Shown: positions 1-14,821 of the stretch, one piece after another
Layout of the letters: each line of letters starts with the position of its first letter
Position numbering within the stretch: the first letter of the stretch is position 1
From: the human T2T-CHM13v2.0 reference genome, Homo sapiens
Strand: one strand, 5' to 3'
DNA length: 64,000 nucleotides
NCBI RefSeq assembly: GCF_009914755.1
Contig: NC_060938.1
Notes under the pieces: model-generated
Databases searched by the model: none
What the model saw: the letters and a program-made list of their open reading frames with translations, nothing else
Told to the model about the DNA's origin: nothing
Made by a program: the position numbers and the translations under genes

Positions 1-479
1 TTAAAATGTATATGAAATTAAAGTAAGTGATTAAAATAGCACACAAGAAAGAAATAGGCAAGTCAAGTTAAAGTTATGAAAGGTCACTGAGTTGTGAAAA
101 TATTGCAAAAGTACTAACATTATATAGCTTGATATATCAAAAATTATTTTGTAACCTCTACAACTGTGAAAAGAACAACAAATTATGCATAACTAGAAAG
201 CTATTAGAAAGAAAATGTTCTATAAGTAGACAAGAAAGGAGATACTCAGTAATAAGACTTATTAAACCTTCAGTAAAGTTATAAGCACTTACGTATTCAG
301 AGCTGAATCACATTGTTGTATGCCACTTTATTTGAAATTTCCCCCCAAAAGTAAAACAAATTGATGGCTAAACATACAGATGGAAAAATTCGTAAAATGG
401 TTATGAACTAAATATAGCAACATAAAAGAAAGTTGGAAGTTACACTTAAATTCAAATATGTCAATGATTACATAAAATA

Positions 480-1610
<1,131 letters not shown>

Positions 1611-2649
1611 TAACTAAGACCTTTGTAAAAAAGTAATAGTTTAAATTAAAAATAATAAAATCAAGGGAGTAATGTAAAGAAGGCATGCTTATTACGGGCA
1701 GGCATGTGGGCAGCATGACAGGGTCCAAGCGATGCCCTGTTATGTATGCGCGTTTTGTTTTCAATAATTCACTTAGCTGTGTTCTTTTGAGGTGTGTACT
1801 TTTTTGAGAGTATGTTTCATTGTATAAAAATAATGATTCCAACTTGACCTGATTAATGTTTCCCTCAATTGCTTTAACATCCCTCCCCAGATAGATCATA
1901 TCTAAAAAAGGTGGATCTCAGCTGTTGTGTCACAAAGATTTGGAAGGGGTCAGGTGTGGCACTGTGCCAGGTCCTCTAATTCACAGTCACAAAGCATGAA
2001 AACAAGGGACAATTATGAGGAACAGTTCTCTACACACCGCCAGTGACCAAGTTACAAAAAAGAAAAAGTAAAACTTGTAGACATCCAGGAAGGGAAACAA
2101 AGGCACAGAAATCAGGATGGGAATAGATTAAGCAGAAAAGAAAGCAGGCCCAAAAGATTTCTTGTATTGGAAAACAAGATTGTGAGGAAGTGTGCTTTCT
2201 AAGGTAGGCTCTCAAGCTTGATAGTGCTGGGAGAAAACTGGCTCCCTATGAAGCAAAAATATTTTGTTTCAACTTGGTGAGAGTCAGCACTCCTCTGGTT
2301 GTGGTGGCTTCAGTCCTCTTCTCCTACTCCTGATTTCTTGTATTGGCCAACACCTTGTTGAGGCATGGCTCATGGGGAAATATGGCTTTGTATTTGATCT
2401 CCTTTCTCTCACATGTCAGCCTCTAATCAAAGCAGTGTCCTTTGCCTACGCTTAGCACAATGTGTACCACGTCGTTTCATGGTTAACTATCCTGAGTATG
2501 ATCTCCTAGAAACTCATGATTTCATTTTTTCCTTTAGTGAACATTGGAACAATATTGGTAAAATATACACAAAAGAAGTTAGATGATTCAGAATTCACAG
2601 CACATGTGAGTTATATAATGATAATAATGGTAACAAACAGTTTCATAGT

Positions 2650-2800
2650 CCTGACCATAAACCAGTCTCTATTATGAATGCTCAATCAATTATTCCTTAG
2701 AACAGGCCTATTAGGTGGATTCTATTATAAACCCCCTTTATATATGAGGACACTAAGGCAGGAAATGTTAATTAACTTTCTCTGGTAACAGAAAAAATAA
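2650..2800 (-). mobile_element. MIR fragment
   Basis: MIR core-like ccccttta..atgaggacactaaggca..gttaattaacttt. Confidence 0.6.
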
Positions 2801-2920
2801 GTGCTGCCTTAAACCAAGGTAGTTTTTAGTTCAAAACTATGCTGTTGGCTATTGGGCTATGCCGCTTCTTACATATGTAGAAACACAAATAAATGCGTAT
2901 TTGCTTCTTCATTGCCTGCC

Positions 2921-3065
2921 ACCCAACCTCTCTTTTTTGCAGTTAGGACCCCTGAGTTAATCTAATATAACCTAATTTTAGAATTTATCAACCCAACTTA
3001 TTTTTTTTTTTTGCAGTTAGGACCCCTGAGTTAATCTAATGTAACCTAATTTTAGAATTTATCAA
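2921..3065. repeat. Local tandem duplication, ~70-74 bp unit x2
   Basis: acccaac..ttttttgcagttaggacccctgagttaatctaat(a/g)taacctaattttagaatttatcaa occurs twice, head to tail. Confidence 0.95.
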
Positions 3066-3436
3066 TCTGAAAAAATAAAAAATCTTTGATTTTATTGTAG
3101 TGGGTTTTTTTAAGCTAGAGAAAGATAACTTATAAATTAATTAAATATTTACTTACTAGCCATTCACCTTTTACCATTTAATCTCATGGCTGTATGCATC
3201 TACTTCAGGAGATGTTATGTTATTGTTGGCTGTTTTGGCAGAGCATGGCCATTCAAGGTAAATGCCTTCGTTTAAATCTCAACTCAGTGATTTCCTAGGT
3301 AAGCGAGATCAGGCATATAACACAAACCTCCATAAGCCCAACGTTCCGCTCTGTAGAGATAAAATGGTAATTCCTGTTCCACAGAAAAGTGTTGAATGAA
3401 GTAGATGAAAAGGCAAAAGTCCTTATACAGTGAGAA

Positions 3437-3460
3437 AGAGAGAGAGAGAGAGAGAGAGAG
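3437..3460. repeat. (AG)n microsatellite
   Basis: Direct reading. Confidence 0.95.
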
Positions 3461-3755
3461 CAATCAATCAATGCATGAAAAGAATTATAACACTGTCTTT
3501 GACACTGTCCTAGGTGCTTGTGACAAGTACAGAAGAAACAGGTATGATCTGGCCTTTAAAGAGCTTCCATTCCAGTTGAGCCCTGAGTACCAAGAAATTC
3601 TAAAGAAGAACAAAAATAGCAATCACAAGTTATAGTTAACTGCTAATTAGTGTGGAGGAAAACAGTTGTCAAATTTAAATATATATGGCTTACAAGGCTC
3701 TCTATAATATGGTCTCTATATATCCCAACATCCTCAGTTCATAAGTCTCCACTGG

Positions 3756-3911
3756 GGCTAGGAGCAGTGGTTCATGCCTCTAATCCCAGCACTTTGGGAG
3801 GCCCAGGGAGGATGATCACTTGAACCCAGGAGTTCAAGTCGAGCCCGGGCAATATAGTGAGAACCCATCTCTAAAAATGAAAATAAAAATGAAGAAAAAA
3901 GGAAAAAAAAA
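3756..3911 (+). mobile_element. FLAM / free left Alu monomer
   Basis: ggctaggagcagtggttcatgcctctaatcccagcactttgggagg...aggagttcaag...catctct followed by an A-rich tail; no right monomer. Confidence 0.85.
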
Positions 3912-6900
3912 GACCTCACTATATTTTTCTGTTTCTAATTATTTATTCGGTCTTACCTGGATGACCTGTATCTTACGGCTACACGTTCTTTCTTCTAGGA
4001 ATGCCTAAACTGTCTCCATGTGTCTGCGTGGCAAATGCCTAACTGTCCTTTGAGTTCTAACTCAATTGTCATTTTCTATTAACTTTTTTGACTTGTTTAC
4101 AATGTTGGCGTATCATTTCTTTAGACTACACTATATTAATAGTGTACTAATTCTATCACCTTTACACCAAATTGGGAGATCACATGCTCCAGTTAAAATT
4201 CTTATATCTTAATCATTGCTCTAATAATTACTTATCAAATGCCCACAGGCGAGTTAGTTAAACTCTTTATGCCTTGGTTAACTCATCTGTAAAATAAAGA
4301 CAAGCTTTTACCAAAATGGTAGTATACACATTAGATAATGTTGGCTGGTAGTAGGTAGTAAACCGTAACAGCTGACATTGTTGAGTGTTTACTAGATCTC
4401 AGATATCATTCTAAATTCCTGCATATATCAACTAATGCAAACCCTGTATATTTGTGTTATTATTTTCCACATACCACAGTTGAGAAATCTGAGTTCCAGG
4501 GTATGTTTAAAATCATGTAGAATAGCCTTATTTTAGGACAGATAGTGTTACTCAAATGATTTTTTTTTTTTACTCTTGGCCAGTAAAAAAAAAATATGAT
4601 TTTCTAAATATATAGGATACAAAGAGAAATGTATAACAGAAAATAAGAATGATAGTAAATATTTTAACTTTACAAAATCTATTTTCAGAAGGATAAATTA
4701 AGGGTGGAATGATTTTTTTTCCTTTTGGTTCTGTGAATGAAAAAAATACTGGTTTTCATTTTAAAAAGCAACAAACATTTATTTCTAATTCTATTCTGAG
4801 CTCATGAAATTGCATTATGCTTCATCAGTTAAGATGTAGACACACTCTTATGTTTGAACATGATCAGGCTTGAAAAGTCAAATTTTCTGATTTCTTAATA
4901 GGCATCACTGGATGGTTTATAAATTCAATCTATTGTAATGAGTTCATGGAGGAAAATTATGTTGTTTAATATTATCTAACCTGAACGGAGAGGTTCATCA
5001 ACAGAATTATTTTGCAAATCAACTATGTTATGTTTTACATAATCATGTAAATTACTGTTGTATCTATCCATTCTATGCAATGAATGATATTTAAAGTAAC
5101 TCTGCACTTGCCATCAAGGTTTAAATTACAAGAGTATGCAGCAGGCGTCTTATGGTAATGTCAAGTAAACATGTTATCAGGCACACTTAGAAACCACATA
5201 TATACCAGTTTAGTCTCATCTAAAGGTAAAGTTAATTTCTTCAGCCACGATAAAGAATAAACACTTACCTTTGAGCACAGAGGTTGATGTGGGAAGACAC
5301 TAATTACTTTCTCAGAAAATTTGACTAGACAATATTACCATACTTGGAAGTTACATTTTTCCCTTAAATTGGAGAAGGTTGTCTTCCCTAAAATTGATGT
5401 TTGTGGACCTCAGATTCCCCTCTTGAATTTTATACCTTTTCTTCCACGCAACATTTACAATGAGTGCAAAAACTCTTTCTTAAATTTTGTTATAAATTTT
5501 ACTTTTATTTTTCCATTTTCCTTATTTTTGTCCTCTTACAGAAGAATTACTATTTACCAGATTTATCTAACATATTTTCTCTTTCCAAACCCATACTGAA
5601 ACACTTCATAAAGGGTTCACATAAAAATATTAAAAAAAAAACTAAGTATATGTGTCTTCTGTGGTAATGGGAATGATTTCATTGGCAAGAAATTTCAGAA
5701 TTTGTTAAAATGTCTATATTAGGATAAAATCTTACTGAACTTTAAATGAATCTACTGTATGAAAAGTCAGTCTATATTTGAGAACAACTAGTTGGCAGGC
5801 ATGGGAAATGTTTGAATGCAGGGAAAACCAACTAGTGATTAGTGATAGGCCAAAGTTTTTTCTTGACTGGAAATTCTGTACCTTTGAGAAATAACTAGTG
5901 GAAGGCTCCCAAACTGATCTTGTTTACTCAGGTTCCCAAGGGAGTTTACCCATAAGCCACAGAGAATTTAACAGACAAGCTGCAGAGTTCTTGTGCCATG
6001 TAAGAGACGTTAAGAAGTCCCAGCTCTTGTAAAGACCATTCGGCCATCAAGCATGACATTTTGGAGACAAGACAGAAATAGATTCATGGTGACTTTGATG
6101 ACCTTAGTAACTTTCAGTGTAACAAAACATATTAGAATCATTTTATTTTAATCTCTCCAGCCTTAAAATTGATTCAATCTAACCATGGTATCTAATTAAT
6201 TGGGTTATTCTGAGGAGTAAGGAAGATTAATTTATGTAACAATATTTTTAAAAATATAGTAACATTTCACTTATATGTTCTTTGTTAATAATAATTATTA
6301 TTGCTCATATATTTAAAAATAAAGGCTATGAGCTACCAGAGGAAAAACAGAGTGATGAAAAGGTCAAGCAAAGAACAAAACCAGGTACGATTATGACAGG
6401 TTCATGGATGATCATGAAGAAGCCAGAATAGGAATAAAGGAGAGAAGACTTTGAAATGTAGAGCATTAGCTCAGAAAGACTTTGAATGCTAGGCAGTGTT
6501 GTTCATATTTTATATCGTGTGTAATAACAAGCTCTATATCTATAAAAAGAACCACACTAAAATAAAAAATAATATTTGAGCTAGAATAAAAAATAGTATT
6601 TGTGTATTATTTTGATGGTATTACTGACTTATAATGCAGGAGGCTGAAGTTGTGAAGATGAACTTCAACTAAGTGTTTCAATGTCTTGCAATTTCTTATG
6701 ATTGTTTTCATTCATTTGGATGAGGGCAGTTACAATTTGGAGTGCAATCTGTTTCCATGGAGCAAGGCAAAGCTGATTGACCGTTAATGCAATTAAACCT
6801 ATGAGCTTGCCTCATTAGTTAACATATTTAACCTAAATAAGCTTGTGTGTTTATCTAGAGTAATTGCCCTTGCAGTCAAAAGTTTAGAGTAAATAAGGTA

Positions 6901-7349
6901 TAGTCAACTTCATAAGATTTCTTGTGATATATTTCCCAACATAAAATAATTAATTTTAGGGTTATTATACATTTTGTTTTTATATGATTTTCTCACCCCA
7001 AACACTTAGAAAACCTGCCTTCTATGAAATACAGCTTGAAATATCTAAATATCTTTTGAAAAAGGAATATTTCATTTTTAGTAAACTTAAGCTACCCAAG
7101 TAGCTTACATTTTTTCTTTCAAATCAATATGCTCACCTGCAGATGAGCTATGAATTTCTATAAATGCACTAGTATTTCTGACTTGTGTGGGTTAAATGAT
7201 GGGTCATATATTAAACACATAATCAGGTGATTAGGAAGTATTACATAGTAAAATCTGAAATAAGTAGAATATAGTAGATGCAATATTAATGCTATGCTGG
7301 AACTGAACATTAATATTTATTAACTGACTGAAAGTATAATAAAAAAAAG

Positions 7350-7490
7350 TTACCATTTATTGATCAGCAACTATGCCCATGGCAATGTACTAGAGACTTC
7401 ATCTACAGATAACAGTCAGTGAGGATGGTGTTTATTTCCCCATTTTACAGGTAAGTAAAAAAGTCTCAGGGAGGTGAAGTATTGTTATAA
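7350..7490 (-). mobile_element. MIR fragment
   Basis: ccatttattga...ccccattttacaggtaagtaaaaaagtctcagggaggtgaagt, MIR core. Confidence 0.6.
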
Positions 7491-9109
7491 CCCCACCCAC
7501 TCCATGAATGTGAGAATCATAATTTACAAGCAGAACTGATGAATACAAATTCAAAATTCATACCATTTTGATGTTTTCTCAGCATCAAAGATGTAGCATT
7601 CACCTCACTAAAATGAATACATATAAAAGTTATTAATATATTTAAGATGTATTAATATAAAAGGTAATATATTAATAATATGTAAATGCTAAGTATAATA
7701 TGTGACTATTAGTGTACACATGGAAATACAATAACAAAACAGGGTGTCAAGAGAAATGGCTGTCAAACTACAGGTGGTTTTATAAGGGCGAGAGAGGCCC
7801 AGTCAGAAGGCACATGCACCTGCTGACCTGGACTGCTGATCTGATTACCAACAAGTCATTGCTACTTCTTCTACTTGGTATATTTTGATCATATGTAATA
7901 TTTCAGTTGTAAAAAGAATGTGCCTACTGGTTCCATCACTAACTACTGGTATTATCTTCAATGAGTTTTATGCATATTTTCTCATTCTAAAATTAAGGAT
8001 AGTCAGTGTCTACTTCAAGGCTATGCTGAGGGTTAAGTGCTATATGCAGAAGACTTAAAAAGTGCTGGCTACAATATAAGTGCTAAAAAACATGACTAAT
8101 TTTCATTGTTAATGTACTATTATTCCTGGCTATTTATTATTATATTACACTCTGGCAAAATATTTTACTCTGTTTTTATTACAAAAAGAGTGAAATATCA
8201 ATATTCATGTTTTCATTAATTTTCAATATGATTGATATGCAAATTCTTATCTTCACCCATTTCCCAAATGCTTACTTTTGTAAAAACATTCAAAGATGAT
8301 ATCTAGTTTCTAGACTACTAAGAGAATACAAAATATTCCTGAGATGTGCAGGCCTAAAACGTTTTGATTACATCATAATATAGGTGAGTATGTATGACAT
8401 AGACAAGTATATTAAACAAATTTAAAAAGTAATTATGCAACTTTATCACAGCATCACGTCTGACCAAAACTATTTCTTTGATTCTATTAATTTACTTTCA
8501 ACAATAGAAGAATTTAAAAATTGACACAAAACACTGTAGTATTTTGACTCAGCCATTACTACAAAGGGAAAAGTTTACTTTTAGTTTAGCTCAGAAGAAA
8601 CGAAATTCACTCAAGATTTCATGAACTATGCAAGGGAGCACAGTTATTTCTCTTACCAAAATCTTTCTAAGTCTATTTTTGTGATTAGGGTACATCCAGA
8701 TTATGGATTTTTGTTTGTTTGTTTGTTTGTTTTTGTTATCCCAAGAGTTTGGAACCAAGGCCTTTATTCACTCAGTAATTTTCTCCTGTTTCTCAAGGCA
8801 GGTTGAACACCGCTCTGGAAGCCCACAGTCCAGAGGCACGATGCCAGCACTCAAGTGATCATGTGAGCCAACATAAACACAGAATTACAAACTTTATAAC
8901 ACTTAAGTGTTACAAGTGGCAGGTGTTAAACAGGAATAGCACAGCTATGAAAAAATGCAATATAAGGAACTGATTAAACTATGATGTAGTAAGCGCAGGG
9001 CAACATGAAAACATACTGGCCTTTCATCGAGGAGTAAAATAGAGAGACTATGTGATTACTTTATCAATTAGGGGTGTTTTGCTAACTTGTTTTGGATAAC
9101 CTTTTTAAC

Positions 9110-9388
9110 CAAGGTTTCTCAACCTTGGCAATAATACTGACATCTGGACTGGACAATACTGACAATTGGATCCAACTGGACTGTCAATTGGATCCAATCC
9201 AATACTGACAATTGGACTGGATCATCTTTTGTTGTGGGGGCTGTCCTGTGAATTGCAGGGTGTTTAGCACCATGCCTAGCCTCCACCTTCTAGACGACAT
9301 TAGCACTCAGTTGTGACAACCAAGAATATCTCCAGACATTGCCTAATGTCTCTTGCGGAAATCTCCTCTAACAAATTGTGAATCAATG
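9110..9388 (-). mobile_element. MER20 (hAT-Charlie DNA transposon) with an internal ~65-bp insertion
   Basis: Matches reverse MER20: ggtttctcaaccttggca...ttgttgtgggggctgtcctgtg...cagttgtgacaaccaa..tctccagacattgcc. Confidence 0.9.
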
Positions 9389-11936
9389 GGCTAAAATAGC
9401 AAAAAATAAAACTTACAATGGCTGGTACCGCTAGAATCTATTTTGCTCACAGAAGAAGAGGCTGCTTCTTCTATTGGTTCATTAAGGACTCTAAGATTCT
9501 CTTGCATTTTCTCATTCTTATGCTTAACGTCAAGCATTATGTCCACATCTGAGGAAAAGAAAAAAGAAAAAGAAGGTAAGGAACAGTGAAGCTCTACCTG
9601 TCCCTTACCAGGAAAACCAACATTTTCCCTTGCCTTGCACATCAGCCTAATTTTGTTAAGCTCTTACGAGTGGGAACTGTGTTTTATAGCCATTCCTAGT
9701 TCCTAGAGAAGCTGACTCTCTTTCCCATGTCTCTGTCATGGATGGAGAACAGAAAAAAGGGATATTTTTGGAATGGATATTGTGTTACTGACCAAGTGCC
9801 AGCCATGCTTTCTAATAACTTCTAAACATTTCTCTTATAAAATATTTACTTTTAATTATGGATTTGCCTTTTTTCCACAATATATTTATGTTCTTATTCT
9901 CAAATCCACTATATAAATAATATATTTTAAGTATCTAGTTTTAATTGTAATAATTTAACGTCAGTGGATAGAAGATGTCATTTGACTCTATACTTACATA
10001 TTGTATATACCCACATATATATATATATATAATATGTATGCGTGTACTCTTATTCAGGTGATATTCTTCAACCACCCCGTTCATCTTCATCAAAGAAAGA
10101 TGAATCGCCATCATTCTTTTGCCATGTTCATTTTTACCACTTATTCTATGCTTATCATTTTGACATCACAGGGATATACATTATATTTTTTCTTATTACC
10201 AAGTTTTTAAGCACTTAACTACAAAATGTCTTCTCATATATTGAAGTTTATGACATGTCTCATAGTAAGAAATCAGTATTGTTTGTGGAATAAATAAATA
10301 AATGGAATAGGCTAGTATGGTTGACTGATAATTATAGTGAAATCTTTGTTAAAATGTCGTTATTCTTTTAAGATGTGCACGGCACCACAGTGTTGAATCC
10401 TAATGGTACCATCTCATATCATCAAAAGCTTTTTGTAGCCCATCCAATCATAAAATAATACCAAATTCAAAAAAAAAAAGAAACAAAGTTACATGTGGAT
10501 AGAGAATGTGCTATAATGCATTAGTGCCTTCTCAATTAAAAAAGGAGATCAGTAAATACGCAAACACCACTCACACCAGAAGGTAACATTTCTGTCAAAT
10601 AAAGCAGCCACTTAGAGTGGATATAAAAGATTAATGCTTTCACCAGCCTTCACCACTCAGCTTTCTCTCTCACTCTTTATGGAGTGATGGAAAAAAGTAA
10701 GCAATAAATCAATCAAAATGATCCAGTGATATGTAATACAAACATTCCTGATTTCTCTCCTTCTTTTCTTTCTTATTTATTAGAGGAAAGATAAAGTTTC
10801 CTTTCAGGTATGTAGCCCTGGGCGTCCCACTATTAGGTTTGTCTTACAAACCCTGGTGCCGGTTTGAGGAGCAGAAACAGCCTCTGCTGGAATCAAGGTG
10901 TTGACAGAGGAATATCTGGTACAATTGATTCTTCAGCTGGTAGACTTTCTTTAGCTGCCTCTCTTCTTCCAAAGGGAAATGGCATAAGGACGCAAGCACA
11001 GAAATAAAAATAGTCTTCAGGAGAATTAAAAAAAAAAAAGCACCTCATGACGCAGTAATTTGGTCTTTCTTTTTTTTTTTTTTTTTTTGGTTCTATGGAT
11101 GTTCTTGAAATATACTAGAGACACATGTGCCCAGCTTCCTGCTGAGCCTCTCTGTCCTGCAGACATCTGAGCAAAAGCAGTTGCTGGCAGGGATTTTTCC
11201 CAGTCTTCTCAGAAGTTCACTCCTGCACAGTAGGGTCTTAGAGGAAAAAGGATTAAAGTCCACTTATGTAGTCTGAAATATGTGGATGTAGAATCTTGTC
11301 AAAATACATGTCTCTGACTAGAAAGGCAGCTGGCATTAATACATTTAACATACAAGGAGAACTACCCCCTGAGTAATGGTTTTCAGTCTATTTGTTCCAC
11401 TCTGACACATAAACAGACAACACTCACATATGTACGTTATCCAAAGTCACATTGAATATCCAGTGAAAGAGTAATATGATTAACAGTCTCCAATTCATTC
11501 TTATTTAAGAAAGGGTAAAATGTTGCAATTTTTGATGTTTTATCCTTAGGAACAAATAGCATATCATTTATTTCACCATTACCTGATACATTAGTGAGTT
11601 GTGACACTTGGGTGAGAATTTCTGATACAGAAGGCGATATCTTGAAGTTACTTTGGAAAAACAGCTATTCTAGTGCTTCCTGAGACCACAGTTGCCCTGG
11701 GAAACTCTTGGTAGCAGGTCTGCTTTGTTTTTATTGTAAGAAAGGTCAAAGACAGGAATTTTGCTTTCATTCCCTCCTCTGGACCTTTGAAGAAGTATAC
11801 TTTGCCAACCCTTTCTGAAATCGTAGGCTCTACGTGTTCTCTAGTTTACTTTGTTTCATGACCCTGCAAAATAGTCATTGCTTCTAGCACTTGTTTTACA
11901 TTTTTTGTCTTCTAGATTTCTCAAAGATATAAGGAG

Positions 11937-11938
<2 letters not shown>

Positions 11939-11980
<42 letters not shown>
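11939..11980. repeat. (TG)21 microsatellite
   Basis: Direct reading. Confidence 0.97.
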
Positions 11981-11982
<2 letters not shown>

Positions 11983-12129
11983 TCCTTGTCGTGGAGTACT
12001 TTTCTAGAAGAGAGTAGAAAAATAATGACTTTACGTTATAATCTTCCTGGATCTCAGACTAGAATTTAGATTGATTTGTTATGAAAGGGAGACAGCCGTA
12101 TATCCCTTTAAGTAATCCATTAATTTCAC

Positions 12130-12760
12130 ACCTATTGGCTACGGCATCTGTCATATATTGAGTTACACATATCCCTGAAACTTTCCAACTCTAATCTAGA
12201 CTCAATTACTCTATTTATGTAAGTACCAGACTGCACCGTGTTAATTACAATCTTGATATTCTTTAAATCTTGATATCTATCAGCAATTTTTGGCACTTTA
12301 CTTTTTCTTATGAATTTGTAAAATGTCTTATGGAGTTCCAAAAAATTGATGTATTATTTTTAATTGTATTGAATTTATACATTAATGTGGGTAGAAATTG
12401 ATGCTTATATCTCTTCATTTATTCACATTTCTATTTTTGTCCTTCAATAATGTTGTGTAATTTTTGACAAGAATTTTAAGTTTTGTTACATATTACTATT
12501 AATCTTAATGCTCCTGATTCTATTAAAAATACATTCTTTTTCCAAATTTTACATTTTCTAATTGGTCATTACTGATATATAATGGTTCACTATTGTTACT
12601 GAGAGTCCTGAAAAATTTTCCTTTGCATTATTATGATTTGACTTTTGACAATCTATGATTTTTTTATGTAGAAAATTAAAACATCTGCCACTAAATAAAG
12701 TTATTCTCTTCCATCCACATCCTTTTTCTCTCTTTTTATATCTTTCTTTATTAAATCTTC
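12130..12760 (-). mobile_element. Ancient L1M ORF2 fragment
   Basis: T-rich antisense L1 text (attgtattgaatttatacattaatgtgggtagaaattga; ttttctaattggtcattactgatatata). Confidence 0.65.
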
Positions 12761-13665
12761 AATAAAAAAAGCATTAGACATTAATTAAGTATAGTGAGAT
12801 TAATGTACAGAAGTCATGGGGAAAAAATAGATTTTCCATGATATGAGTATGCTGCAAACAAGATCCAACCTCAGTTAGTATTTATTTTTTAAATAATAAT
12901 CTCCCCTCTGTCTTCAAGTTAATTCCACTAATTCTATCTCAGGCAATCAAGTTGTTGGTGGAAGTTTTTATCATGGCTCATTTTTGTTCTTTCTGAACAT
13001 TCAGCCTCTGTTCATATCTGATCTGGTCTTTGTCACCAGCTCAAAACCTACCTAATCTCAAAAGCTTTAACTTTCTCAGACCAAGATTCTTGCTCTCATT
13101 TGATTTCCCATAGCAATCATTTTCAGGGCAATTTTCTGAATATTAATTATGCATAACAATAGAACAATTATTCCACTGTTACAATGTGTTATGTTTAAGA
13201 CATAATTTAAAATTTTCACCTTGATATGTTGCTTCTCAAACTGAATTTTAAATGCTTTGAAGCAATGGACTGCTCACTGTATCTTCCCCACTAGTCAAAG
13301 GCTGATATTTACTGAAACAGACACTCATCAACTTGTGTTCATGTTTCTTCTATGGCCCTCACAAAGCTTTCCCAGGATTCTTTGAAAATGTAGGGATATT
13401 GAGTGAATACTTTCCTAAATAAGATACAGAATTTTTCATTATTTTCATAGAGCAAGACTAGTGGTAGTTTTTAAAAATATAGTGTATGAAACTCTGCATT
13501 TAAAAAAATTATCTTGAGTATGCAATTTTTTGATAATCTAATCCAGAAATAAACAAATTTCAAAATTAAGGTGGGGAACTTTTTCAAAAAGAAGGATTTA
13601 GTGCATAGGCTCATACTTTTCCTCTCAAACTGCCCCCTGTCTCAAAAGCAATTTTCATGGAAATT

Positions 13666-13667
<2 letters not shown>

Positions 13668-13708
<41 letters not shown>

Positions 13709-13820
13709 CATATATATACATACATATGTGCATATGTGTGTATAAAAATATATTTACATATATGTATATACATTTGTGTATGTTTACATGTGTATGTATA
13801 AAAATATATATGTATACATT
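13668..13820. repeat. (TG)n followed by TATG/TA low-complexity tract
   Basis: Direct reading. Confidence 0.95.
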
Positions 13821-13955
13821 TTTTTCACACCTGATTTCCCATAATGTAACTTGATTTTACTCTATGTATTTAAAATTATTTGTCTCATTAATATAGGAAG
13901 CAAAAATATGAAAGAATAAAGACTAGAGAGGTAGGAGGATGAAAAGATCCCGATA

Positions 13956-14316
13956 TGTTATAGACTGAATGCTTATGGCCCTCCACTCCAAATGCATATG
14001 TTGAAATCTAATCCCCAATGTGATCATATTTGGAGGTAGAGTACATTTTGGGGGTGATTAGCACACAAGGACAGAGCCTTTATGAATCGAATTAGTGCCC
14101 TTATAAAAGAGACTCCAGACAGCTCTCTTGTCCCTTCCACCAGGTGAAGACATAGAGAGAAGTCAGCCATCTATGAACCAGACACCAAATCTGCAGGCAC
14201 TTTAATCTTGGAATTCCCAGCCTCCAGAGCTGTAAGAAATAAATATTTGTTGTTTAAGCCATTCAGTTTATGAGTTTATGATATTTTTGTTATAGCATAC
14301 TGAATGGACAGGAACA
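13956..14316 (+). mobile_element. MLT1A/MLT1A0-type MaLR solo LTR
   Basis: tgttatagactgaatg...atatgttgaaatctaatccccaatgtgat...attagtgcccttataaaagag...ccagcctccagagctgtaagaaataaa. Confidence 0.9.
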
Positions 14317-14821
14317 CCACATACTTAGGATTTTTTTTTAACAGGAGAGTATAGCTTATGAAAAAAGAATTAAGAAATCAAATTAGATCCTTCAGAACAA
14401 GAAAAATGTCAGGAATTTAGGGGAATAAATGTAATGGTGAATGGGAAATGAAGATAAAGGAAAAGGATGCTGACTGTGGAAATGATAAAGGGAAACTCCT
14501 TAAGTAAAGAAAAAGTGAGTGGAGAAACTTATGGCCAAAGGGTCAAAATTGCCACATGTGAAACATTTCCAAACTGATTTCTTATTACTAAATGTGAAAT
14601 AATTTGGGTGTGGTTTTTGGGTGTATTAAATTGTTTTCTCTCTGTGGCAAGACTTTGGAATTCCTTTCATTTTTGTAGGAACTGTGATGTTTTCCAGTGT
14701 TGTCATACATTGAATTCATTGTTCTGAATTTCTTGCAAGGACTTGTGACTACCATAGTTCTAAGAATTTCAGATCCCCCTAAAAACTATCACTTGTTAAC
14801 CTTGACTCTAGATTCTATATA

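Noticed and set aside
7440-7460. Perfect-looking splice donor CAG|GTAAGT
   Set aside because: Lies in the MIR core, and no supportable upstream exon or frame was found.
9133-9221. Short palindromic repeats that look superficially CRISPR-like
   Set aside because: Eukaryotic context inside MER20. Repeats are 9-13 nt with irregular spacing, no unique spacers and no cas genes.
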